Shown piece by piece: positions 10,877-22,740 of a stretch of 64,000 nt of DNA. The DNA comes from Eledone cirrhosa (Eukaryota): positions 47,058,001-47,122,000 of the forward strand of contig OZ024753.1 of the NCBI GenBank assembly GCA_964016885.1, written 5' to 3'. Under the pieces are notes generated by a model that saw only the letters and a list, made by a program, of their open reading frames with translations, did not search any database and was not told the DNA's origin. Numbering within the stretch: the first letter of the stretch is position 1; every line of letters starts with the position of its first letter. The position numbers and the translations under genes were made by a program.

Positions 10877-12873
10877 TCATAACGGTACGCGATGGGACCC
10901 ACCCACAGCCCCGGCGGACAGAATGGAGAAGGCGTTTCCCCGGAGCACGGCAAGGGAGACGCGCTGGAAAAGCCACTCCAACTCGCGGGGCTCACACCTG
11001 CGGCTGGCCAGCTCAGCGCCTATGGTGGTGAGTAAGGAGGTAGCCCTGGGGCCGAGGACACCAGAAGTCTCCACTTCCAGGGGTACGACCGCAAACCTGT
11101 CGGAGAGTGAACGATATGTGAGCAGTTTGGCCCTCTCAGCCTGACGTGCAGCAGAACCTGGGCCAGTCGCAGACTGCACCAGGTTGCGGCTGCAGAAAGT
11201 GTCGGTGCAAGTGGCATCCCAGACGAGGGGTTTGCCACCGCGGAACGGGAAGATGGTCATGCCATCTGGCCTTTTGCCGTCCCCTGGAGCTGGGAAGGGA
11301 AGCCTGCAGCGTCCAAGCCATGCTTAATGATTTCGTTGAGGGCAGCATGGCGTGGATTGCGGCTGGCACTGTGGCGACAGGAAAGCGGGTGGAGGCCGAA
11401 AGAGTCCATGGTGGAACGGCAGCGACATTGGTGTGAGGCCGAGCCTCAGGGAAACGCCGATGCGCAAGCTATGGTTGTCTAGCTGCGTGCGAGTGGAGAA
11501 GGAGGGCAGGGCATGGAGCCAGGCCCCACTGTGGGGTTTGGAGGCCGCACGAAAACAAACAAGGCGGTGCTGGTCGAGCTGGCACGTGAGCCTGTCTGAG
11601 GCCAGGCTGCACTGGATGGCATCCCAAGTGTGTTGGGGGGGGACTTGACGTCAACAGGGGGAGAAGGAGGAGGAACGTCTACTGGGCTAAGTCCCAGCCG
11701 GTGCCACGTCTCACAGGCGGCCACGCGTTCTCTGAACACAGAGGGTTCTGTTGTGTTTTGAAGAACCCTGCTGAGGTGGACGTGGTACGAGGTTACCGAC
11801 GAAAGATACGCCGGCAAAGCTAGTGAGATCGGGGACTGGAGGCGAAGGTCGCCATACCTGATAGGTAAAGTTGCATATCTCATCGGCTGCTGCTCGGATA
11901 CAAGTCTGGGTGTAGCACAGAGTGTATAGAGGAGCTTCGGCATGGCGTAGCAGTTCCTCAGCAGAAAGAGAACTGGGTGGCCATCAATCAAGCCCAGTCG
12001 GCTCGTGAGAGTCTGAACTTGATGGTGGAGCGGATGGCCGGCGGGTGGATCGGTGAGGGCATCCTCTTTGGGGGTCACCTGAACCTGGCGGAGAATGGAC
12101 CGCACGTCCAAGACGGAGACTGCAAAGCTTGCAGCATCGAGGCTGACATTCACCACCTCCGACTTGGCTGAGTTGACCTGGAGGTCGATTCCCGCCAGCG
12201 CAGGAACCACCGATTGAAGGTCATGGCAGACCGCCTGTACGGGCCCACCCAAAGTAGCATCATCCAGATACCAAACGTTGAGAGGGGCCGTTATACTCCG
12301 GGCGATGTGGTCAATACCAAGGGTGAACAGGAGGGGTCCCAAAGGGTTGCCCTGTTGGATCCCAGTAGCCAAGGGTATGACCGCATCAGCAGCATGTCGC
12401 ATGCTCGGGGCTCCATATGACAGCTAGGCAGAGGGGGCTCGGCTGAGGCAGGCCTCGAGCAGATGATCCCAGCGTAAAGAGTTGAAGGCATTCCTCATGT
12501 CAAACTTGACAATGAGGTGGCTGGAGTCCCTGGATGCCGGTTCCGAGTGTTACGGACTTGCAGGTTACCTTGGCAGCCAGCCTCCGGAAGACATTGCCCA
12601 CAGCAATGGGGCGTATGCCACCCTCTTTCTTCCTGAGAGCGGTGAAGCTGGCTGAAAAAAAGAGGCCTCGAGCATAAGAGTCCAGGGCGCCATGGATGAG
12701 CCTATTGGTGAGCGCCACAATTGCACTCAGAAGGCGGCGCCCGGCCTCAGCGGAGAGGGGAGATATCAACTCCTTGAGGAGGCCTGGTCAGAGACCATCA
12801 ACATCACCGCAGCTGCTAGCTGGGAAGGACCTGATGGCGGACATGATGTCTGCATCAGAAGCCACAAGGAGCA
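10877..12873 (-). pseudogene. Decayed CRE-clade retrotransposon, variant B (retains CCHC knuckle and RPDG motif)
   Basis: Extra 26 bp at 11363-11388 restores CRC..H.LSC..RH; DGKRPDG; still frameshifted and internally deleted. Confidence 0.88.
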
Positions 12874-13526
12874 AGTGTGGATTACAATACAAAACCTCTG
12901 AGAATAATTTCTAAGATATTTCACCATAATTAATTTTCATCAATATATATTAATATTATTATTGTTTATTAGGTCAGGTGGATTGGCCAGAACAATTCTA
13001 CTCTTCTTTTTTAGATGTCACGATTTTTCATGGCATTCCTGAGATCATTAATCTCCAGCTGGAGATCCAGAGACATCTGATGTATGTAGGTGAACCTCAG
13101 TCATCCCACTTGGCTCTTACTATGTTTAGGTATCCACCACAGGAGCCAGCTCATCAGGTCATCCTACCCTCAGCAGCAATGTCCAGCATCTATTGATTTC
13201 CGCTCCCTAGTTATTGTGGTAATCTTCGATATCTGGGAATATATTTCTTCTGCTTAAGGGAGTAATAAATATATAGTTTTAAAAAAAACATATATATACA
13301 CACACATATATATATGTTGTCATTTATAAGAGTTCTCTATCAAAAGCCTTCTCTATGTCCAAAGCTAAGTATAGTGGCTTATTTTTCTCTAAGAACCTCT
13401 TTTGTAGTTGTCTCACTAAGAAGAGGGCATCTGTTGCACTTTTCAGCGGCACAAAACCAAACTGCATCTCATACACATACATACATATACATACATACAT
13501 ACATACATATACACATACATACATAC

Positions 13527-13880
13527 ATCATCATCATCATCATCATCATCATTTCGTTTTAAGTCCGCTTTTTCCCTGCTTGTAAGGGTGGGACGGGAAC
13601 TGATTCTGGCTTGATTTCTACAGCTGGATGCCCTTCCTAACACCAACCTCATTTACAGTGAGTGCTGAGTGCTTTTTTGCCGTGGCACCTCCACGACCAC
13701 TTTGCAGTGGAATGATATGGACCCCAGTCCCTATCATCTCATTTCTACAGCTGAGTAAACTGGAGCAATGTGAAATAAAGTGTCTTGCTCAAGGAAACAA
13801 CACATCACCCGGTCTGAGAATTGAACTCACAACTTTTCGATTGCCAGGCCAATGCTCGAACCACTAAGCCATGTGCCTCC
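13527..13880 (-). mobile_element. tRNA-derived SINE with CORE-like body and RTE-derived 3' tail ending in (GAT)n
   Basis: GGAGGCACATGGCTTAGTGG (A box), GAGTTCAATTC (B box), CCTTGAGCAAGACACTT body; ~60 bp of the tail identical to the RTE 3' UTR at ~26980-27041. Confidence 0.88.
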
Positions 13881-14370
13881 ATATACATATACATATACAT
13901 ATACATACACATACATATACATACATATATATATACATACATACATATATACACATACATACATACACATACATACACATATACATACATATACATACAT
14001 AGATATATATATATACATAATATAAATATACATACATACACATACATAAGCATATACACATAAGTATATATACATATACACACGTATATATACATATACA
14101 TACATACATATATACACATACATACATATATACATACATACACACATATATACATATACACATACATACATATACATACATATACACATACATACATATA
14201 TATATATACATACACACACATATATACATACACACACATATATACAAACACATACATATACACATATATACACATACATACACATACATATACATACATA
14301 TACACATATACACTCATATATACATATACATACATACACACACATACATACATATATACATATACATACA
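13881..14370. repeat. Compound (TACA/TA/CA)n microsatellite; copies 19794-20297, 39302-39791, 54999-55488, 60910-61417
   Basis: Seen directly; source of the YVYMC / HIYT pseudo-ORFs. Confidence 0.97.
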
Positions 14371-14920
14371 TAAAGACAAATCCACCTCATGGACGAGAAT
14401 GCAAGGGCTCCTCCTCTTTGTTTCGGCCGCGGATGGCTAACCCTAACCCCATCCCCGCTCCCCACCGCTCCCAACCTCCAAACGCAATCCAAAACTTCAG
14501 AGTTGGTACCATTAATGTAGGCACCTTATAGGGTGGCTCTAACGAGGTTGTAGAAATGCTTGAACGTAAGGAGGTCGATGTTTGTTGTATTCAAGAGACC
14601 AGGTGGAGGGGTGGGTCTGCTAGATTCATCGTGGGTAAAGAACGATGCTATAAGCTTTTCTGTGTGGCAAATGACAATGGGCTGGGTATACACATACCAC
14701 CCCACCACCCCACCGCAAAGTGGTCGTGGAGGCGCCGCGGCAAAAAAGCACCCAGCCCACACTGTAAAGCTGACGTGGAGGTGCCACGGAAAAAAAAAAG
14801 CACCCAGCACTCACTGCAAACGGGGTTGGCGTCAGGAAGGGCACCCAGCTGTGGAAACCAATCCAGAATCAGCTCCCACCCCACCCTTGCAAGCATGGAA
14901 AAGCGGACGTATGATGAAGT

Positions 14921-14922
<2 letters not shown>
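14371..14922 (+). mobile_element. Non-autonomous, internally deleted (bipartite) RTE derivative: 5' UTR + APE N-terminus joined to 3' UTR
   Basis: [52 protein letters not shown], then directly the RTE 3' UTR (AAAAAGCACCCAGC repeats, GGAAGGGCACCCAGCTGT, GCATGGAAAAGCGGACGT). Confidence 0.82.
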
Positions 14923-14965
<43 letters not shown>

Positions 14966-15484
14966 TATATATATACACATATATATATACACACATATAT
15001 ATCAGTGTACATATATATATACATATATATATATATATAAATGAATATTTATTCAATTTAAAGCGCCAATTATCTATATATAACAAGATATGAATTTTTC
15101 TAGGGATGGGGGAAATTTTCAGTTTGTTTTTATATTTTCACTTCATTTTTTACTTTCTATTTAATACAGTCTTTGATCCAATATAATCCTGACAGTATTT
15201 GAACCAGTTTACCTCATATATATGTATGCACACACAACACTCAAGTTTCGCCATCTACTGCTATTTCATTCATATTTATTGTTTAATTAACTCTGGTCTA
15301 ATTCATCAACTATTGTTAATTATATTATTACGTAGATTTCTTATAAAATCTAGTGCATATATACGTGTATATATACAGGGAGACACTGTAATAGATGTAA
15401 AGAGAGTGGGAGATAGAGTTATAGAAGTAAAGAGAGGGGGAGAAATAAGCGGTAGATAGAGTAATAGATGTAAAGAGAGGGTTA

Positions 15485-15661
15485 GAACGTTCAACTTGAC
15501 AGTCAGTACAATGTTCAGCATGGTAGCCAGTACATATGCCAACTACCCAACCGGCCAGCCAGCCGCATATGCGGTTGACTGGCCAGTTGGGCGGTTGGTA
15601 TGTGGAACGTTCAACTACGCAGTCAGTACCAAAGTTCAACATTGTAGCCAGTGCATATGCC
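15485..15661. repeat. Direct repeat - 72-bp palindrome - direct repeat module at the unit junction (allele at S-unit ends)
   Basis: DR1 15485-15540 and DR2 15605-15661 (~85% identical, 120 bp apart); palindrome 15533-15604 centred on GCAT|ATGC. Palindrome copies at 21458, 40981, 56649, 62594. Confidence 0.88.
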
Positions 15662-15707
15662 GATCGCCGCGCCCTCTTTGCTCTATTTTAATGACCTGGA
15701 ACTAAGT

Positions 15708-15820
15708 AAAAAGAGTAGGAGATAACTCGACAAGAGCGGAGAGGTTGAGATTCGAACCATGTAAAGTCGTTGGCTCCTGAAGTTCGTAAGCGGGGCTGCT
15801 ACTGACTGAGCAGCGCCGGC
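15708..15820 (-). ncRNA. tRNA-like Pol III-type cassette, unit 3
   Basis: Copy of 56-168. Confidence 0.5.
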
Positions 15821-16815
15821 AGCAAGTCAAATCGCGCATAAAATATGGCTTATATCGACAAAAAAAAAAAAAAAATTTCAATGTTGCACTCTTGTTTGTT
15901 GTTCTTTTATTTTACGTAAACATTTCGCTGCTCTAGCCTCTTATTTCCTATTAGATTACACTTAATTCCATTAAACATTCAATCTTAGTCTCGTGGTAAA
16001 CTATTTCATCTATATTTATATCGCTGTTACAGCCTTTTATTTCTACATCTATCACCTATAGCCACTGTTACGCCGGTAGTATAAGTAGCTTTATAACAAG
16101 AAACGATGATATAACTCCACAAAATGTCTTCTTGAGCAAGACACTTCACTTCATATTGCTCCAGTACACCGAGTTACACATAGACAGATACATACATACA
16201 TACACAGATAGAAATGAGAGGTAGATAGAGTAAAAGATTTAAAGAGAGTGTGAGAAGTACGAGTTAGATAATGTAAAAGATTTAAAGAGAGGGTGAGAGT
16301 GTGACACACATTTATCTGTCTATCTCTCTCTATTTTAACACCGGTCGTTATAATTAGTTTTATAACACCGCTATATTACCGACATGAAAGAGGTAAATAA
16401 TTATTTCTTAAATGTTTAGAACATGTTTCTCTTGTCTTCTTAAATGTATAGAACATGTTTCTTATTTATATTCTTAACATAGCTAGGACCTTATCTCATT
16501 TACTGGTCTCTACTTTTAGGACTTTGCTGGTCCCATGTGCCCTCCATGAAGACACACTCGCCCCTTCTCTCTCAGTCTCCGTACTAATTACTACACATAC
16601 GTATATATATTTATTTTAAGAAACCTTAATGACAAATAATATAAAGTGTTTGTAAAGTGGGGAAGAGTAGTTTTACGGTGGGGTTGTTATATAGATATCG
16701 TTTTTGCAGTGGGGTCGTGACTGGCGTATAATAATGAGTCACTGTTGATGTATATACAAATCATGTTTTGGATATAAGTGAAGTTATTTAAGAGATTTAG
16801 TTGTTTTGTATACAT

Positions 16816-18786
16816 TCATAACGGTACGCGATGGGACCCACCCACAGCCCCGGCGGACAGAATGGAGAAGGCGTTTCCCCGGAGCACGGCAAGGGAGACG
16901 CGCTGGAAAAGCCACTCCAACTCGCGGGGCTCACACCTGCGGCTGGCCAGCTCAGCGCCTATGGTGGTGAGTAAGGAGGTAGCCCTGGGGCCGAGGACAC
17001 CAGAAGTCTCCACTTCCAGGGGTACGACCGCAAACCTGTCGGAGAGTGAACGATATGTGAGGAGTTTGGCCCCCTCAGCCTGACGTGCAGCAGAACCTGG
17101 GCCAGTCGCAGACTGCACCAGGTTGCGGCTGCAGAAAGTGTCGGTGCAAGTGGCATCCCAGACGAGGGGTTTGCCACCGCGGAACGGGAAGATGGTCATG
17201 CCATCTAGCCTTTTGCCGTCCCCTCGAGCTGGGAAGGGAAGCCTGCAGCGTCCAAGCCATGCTTAATGACTTCGTTGAGGGCAGCATGGCGTGGATTGCG
17301 GGTGGAGGCCGAAAGAGTCCATGGTGGAACGGCAGCGACATTGGTGTGAGGCCGAGCCTCAGGGAAACGCCGATGCGCAAGCTATTGTTGTCTAGCTGCG
17401 TGCGAGTGGAGAAGGAGGGCAGGGCATGGAGCCAGGCCCCACTGTGGGGTTTGGAGGCTGCACGAAAACAAACAAGGCGGTGCTGGTCGAGCTGGCACGT
17501 GAGCCTGTCTGAGGCCAGGCTGCACTGGATGGCATCCCAAGTGTGTTGGGCGGGACTTGACGTCAACAGGGGGAGAAGGAGGAGGAACGTCTACTGGGCT
17601 AAGTCCCAGCCGGTGCCACGTCTCACAGGCGGCCAGGCGTTCTCTGAACACAGAGGGTTCTGTTGTGTTTTGAAGAACCCTGCTGAAGAGGACGTGGTAC
17701 GATGTTACCGACGAAAGATATGCCGGCAAAGCTAGTGAGATCGGGGACTGGAGGCGAAGGCCGCCATACCTGACAGGTAAAGTTGCATATCTCATCGGCT
17801 GCTGCTCGGATACAAGTTTAGGTGTAGCACAGAGTGTATAGAGGAGCTTCGGCATGGCGTAGCAGTTCCTCAGCAGAAAGAGAACTGGGTGGCCATCAAT
17901 CAAGCCCAGTCGGCTCGTGAGAGTCTGGACTTGATGGAGGAGCGGATGGCCGGCGGGTGGATCGGTGAGGGCATCCTCTTTGGGGGGTCACCTGAACCTG
18001 GCGGAGAATGGACCGCACGTCCAAGACGGAGACTGCAAAGCTTGCAGCATCGAGGCTGACATTCACCACCTCCGACTTGGCTGAGTTGACCTGGAGGTCG
18101 ATTCCCGCCAGGGCAGGAACCACCGATTGAAGGTCATGGCAGACCGCCTGTACGGGCCCACCCAAAGTAGCATCATCCAGATACCAAACGTTGAGAGGGG
18201 CCGTTATACTCCAGGCGATGTGGTCAATACCAAGGGTGAACAGGAGGGGTCCCAAAGGGTTGCCCTGTTGGATCCCAGTAGCCAAGGGTATGACCGTATC
18301 AGCAGCATGGCGCATGCTTGGGGCTCCATATGACAGGTAGGCAGAGGGGGCTCGGCTGAGGCAGGCCTCGAGCAGATGATCCCAGCGTAAAGAGTTGAAG
18401 GCATTCCTCATGTCAAACTTGACAATGAGGTGGCTGGAGGCCCTGGATGCCGGTTCCGAGTGTTACGGACTTGCAGATTACCTTGGCAGCCAGCCTCCGG
18501 AAGACATTGCCCACAGCAATGGGGCGTATGCCATCCTCTTTCTTCCTGAGAGCGGTGAGGCTGGCCGAAAAAAAGAGGCCTCGAGCATAAGAGTCCAGGG
18601 CGCCATGGATGAGCCTATTGGTGAGCGCCACAATTGCACTCAGAAGGCGGCGCCCGGCCTCAGCGGAGAGGGGAGATATCAACTCCTTGAGGAGGCCTGG
18701 TCAGAGACCATCAACATCTCCGCAGCTGCTAGCTGGGAAGGACCTGATGGCGGACATGATGTCTGCATCAGAAGCCACAAGGAGCA
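16816..18786 (-). pseudogene. Decayed CRE-clade retrotransposon, variant A
   Basis: Same split RT/RLE ORFs; extra G in the run at ~17983 adds a frameshift. Confidence 0.88.
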
Positions 18787-19439
18787 AGTGTGGATTACAA
18801 TACAAAACCTCTGAGAATGATTTCTAAGATATTTCACCATAATTAATTTTCATCAATATATATTAATATTATTATTGTTTATTAGGTCAGGTGGATTGGC
18901 CAGAACAATTCTACTCTTCCTTTTTAGATGTCACGATTTTTCATGGCATTCCTGAGATCATTAATCTCCAGCTGGAGATCCAGAGACATCTGATGTATGT
19001 AGGTGAACCTCAGTCATCCCACTTGGCTCTTACTATGTTTAGGTATCCACCACAGGAGCCAGCTCATCAGGTCATCCTACCCTCAGCAGCAATGTCCAGC
19101 ATCTATTGATTTCCGCTCCCTAGTTATTGTGGTAATCTTCGATATCTGGGAATATATTTCTTCTGCTTAAGGGAGTAATAAATATATAGTTTAAAAAAAA
19201 ACATATATATACACACACATATATATATGTTGTCATTTATAAGAGTTCTCTATCAAAAGCCTTCTCTATGTCCAAAGCTAAGTATAGTGGCTTATTTTTC
19301 TCTAAGAACCTCTTTTGTAGTTGTCTCACTAAGAAGAGGGCATCTGTTGCACTTTTCAGCGGCACAAAACCAAACTGCATCTCATACACATACATACATA
19401 TACATACATACATACATACATATACACATACATACATAC

Positions 19440-19793
19440 ATCATCATCATCATCATCATCATCATTTCGTTTTAAGTCCGCTTTTTCCCTGCTTGTAAGG
19501 GTGGGACGGGAACTGATTCTGGCTTGATTTCTAGAGCTGGATGCCCTTCCTAACACCAACCTCATTTACAGTGAGTGCTGAGTGCTTTTTTGCCGTGGCA
19601 CCTCCACGACCACTTTGCAGTGGAATGATATGGACCCCAGTCCCTATCATCTCATTTCTACAGCTGAGTAAACTGGAGCAACGTGAAATAAAGTGTCTTG
19701 CTCAAGGAAACAACACATCACCCGGTCTGAGAATTGAACTCACAACTTTTCGATTGCCAGGCCAATGCTCGAACCACTAAGCCATGTGCCTCC
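19440..19793 (-). mobile_element. tRNA-derived SINE with RTE tail (copy)
   Basis: Copy of 13527-13880. Confidence 0.88.
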
Positions 19794-20297
19794 ATATACA
19801 TATACATATACATACACATACATATACATACATATATATATACATACATACATATATACACATACATACATACACATACATACACATATACATACATATA
19901 CATACATAGATATATATATATACATAATATAAATATACATACATACACATACATAAGCATATACACATAAGTATATATACATATACACACGTATATATAC
20001 ATATACATACATACATATATACACATACATACATATATACATACATACATACATATATACATACATACACACATATATACATATACACATACATACATAT
20101 ACATACATATACACATACATACATATATATATATACATACACACACATATATACATACACACACATATATACAAACACATACATGTACACATATATACAC
20201 ATACATACACATACATATACATACATATACACATATACACTCATATATACATATACATACATACACACACATACATACATATATACATATACATACA

Positions 20298-20847
20298 TAA
20301 AGACAAATCCACCTCATGGACGAGAATGCAAGGGCTCCTCCTCTTTGTTTCGGCCGCGGATGGCTAACCCTAACCCCATCCCCGCTCCCCACCGCTCCCA
20401 ACCTCCAAACGCAATCCAAAACTTCAGAGTTGGTACCATTAATGTAGGCACCTTATAGGGTGGCTCTAACGAGGTTGTAGAAATGCTTGAACGTAAGGAG
20501 GTCGATGTTTGTTGTATTCAAGAGACCAGGTGGAGGGGTGGGTCTGCTAGATTCATCGTGGGTAAAGAACGATGCTATAAGCTTTTCTGTGTGGCAAATG
20601 ACAATGGGCTGGGTATACACATACCACCCCACCATCCCACCGCAAAGTGGTCGTGGAGGCGCCGCGGCAAAAAAGCACCCAGCCCACACTGTAAAGCTGA
20701 CGTGGAGGTGCCACGGAAAAAAAAAAGCACCCAGCACTCACTGCAAACGGGGTTGGCGTCAGGAAGGGCACCCAGCTGTGGAAACCAATCCAGAATCAGC
20801 TCCCACCCCACCCTTGCAAGCATGGAAAAGCGGACGTATGATGAAGT

Positions 20848-20849
<2 letters not shown>
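20298..20849 (+). mobile_element. Bipartite RTE derivative (copy)
   Basis: Copy of 14371-14922. Confidence 0.82.
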
Positions 20850-20890
<41 letters not shown>

Positions 20891-21632
20891 TATATATATA
20901 CACATATATATATACACACATATATATCAGTGTACATATATATATACATATATATATATATATAAATGAATATTTATTCAATTTAAAGCGCCAATTATCT
21001 ATATATAACAAGATATGAATTTTTCTAGGGATGGGGGAAATTTTCAGTTTGTTTTTATATTTTCACTTCATTTTTTACTTTCTATTTAATACAGTCTTTG
21101 ATCCAATATAATCCTGACAGTATTTGAACCAGTTTACCTCATATATATGTATGCACACACAACACTCAAGTTTCGCCATCTACTGCTATTTCATTCATAT
21201 TTATTGTTTAATTAACTCTGGTCTAATTCATCAACTATTGTTAATTATATTATTACGTAGATTTCTTATAAAATCTAGTGCATATATACGTGTATATATA
21301 CAGGGAGACACTGTAATAGATGTAAAGAGAGTGGGAGATAGAGTTATAGAAGTAAAGAGAGGGGGAGAAATAAGCGGTAGATAGAGTAATAGATGTAAAG
21401 AGAGGGTTAGAACGTTCAACTTGACAGTCAGTACAATGTTCAGCATGGTAGCCAGTACATATGCCAACTACCCAACCGGCCAGCCAGCCGCATATGCGGT
21501 TGACTGGCCAGTTGGGCGGTTGGTATGTGGAACGTTCAACTACACAGTCAGTACCAAAGTTCAACATTGTAGCCAGTGCATATGCCGATCGCCGCGCCCT
21601 CTTTGCTCTATTTTAATGACCTGGAACTAAGT

Positions 21633-21745
21633 AAAAAGAGTAGGAGATAACTCGACAAGAGCGGAGAGGGTGAGATTCGAACCATGTAAAGTCGTTGGCT
21701 CCTGAAGTTCGTAAGCGGGGCTGCTACTGACTGAGCAGCGCCGGC
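21633..21745 (-). ncRNA. tRNA-like Pol III-type cassette, unit 4
   Basis: Copy of 56-168. Confidence 0.5.
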
Positions 21746-22740
21746 AGCAAGGCAAATCGCGCATAAAATAACGCTTATATCGACAAAAAAAAAAAAAAAA
21801 TTTCAATGTTGCACTCTTGTTTGTTGTTCTTTTATTTTACGTAAACATTTCGCTGCTCTAGCCTCTTATTTCCTATTAGATTACACTTAATTCCATTAAA
21901 CATTCATTCTTAGTCTCGTGGTAAACTATTTCATCTATATTTATATCGCTGTTACAGCCTTTTATTTCTACATCTATCACCTATAGCCACTGTTACGCCG
22001 GTAGTATAAGTAGCTTTATAACAAGAAACGATGATATAACTCCACAAAATGTCTTCTTGAGCAAGACACTTCACTTCATATTGCTCCAGTACACCGAGTT
22101 ACACATAGACAGATACATACATACATACACAGATAGAAATGAGAGGTAGATAGAGTAAAAGATTTAAAGAGAGTGTGAGAAGTACGAGTTAGATAGTGTA
22201 AAAGATTTAAAGAGAGGGTGAGAGTGTGACACACATTTATCTGTCTATCTCTCTCTATTTTAACACCGGTCGTTATAATTAGTTTTATAACACCGCTATA
22301 TTACCGACATGAAAGAGGTAAATAATTATTTCTTAAATGTTTAGAACATGTTTCTCTTGTCTTCTTAAATGTATAGAACATGTTTCTTATTTATATTCTT
22401 AACATAGCTAGGACCTTATCTCATTTACTGGTCTCTACTTTTAGGGCTTTGCTGGTCCCATGTGCCCTCCATGAAGACACACTCGCCCCTTCTCTCTCAG
22501 TCTCCGTACTAATTACTACACATACGTATATATATTTATTTTAAGAAACCTTAATGACAAATAATATAAAGTGTTTGTAAAGTGGGGAAGAGTAGTTTTA
22601 CGGTGGGGTTGTTATATAGATATCGTTTTTGCAGTGGGGTCGTGACTGGCGTATAATAATGAGTCACTGTTGATGTATATACAAATCATGTTTTGGATAT
22701 AAGTGAAGTTATTTAAGAGATTTAGTTGTTTTGTATACAT

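Noticed and set aside
14436-14448. CTAACCCTAACCC telomere-like motif
   Set aside because: Only two copies, and it encodes ANPNP at the RTE ORF start.
13805-14492. Long Y/V/M/C- and H/I/T-rich ORFs (also 4041-4825 and copies)
   Set aside because: Translations of micro- and minisatellites; no coding signal.
15485-15661. CRISPR-like repeat-spacer-repeat
   Set aside because: Only two degenerate repeats per unit, the same spacer in every unit, no cas genes, eukaryotic context.
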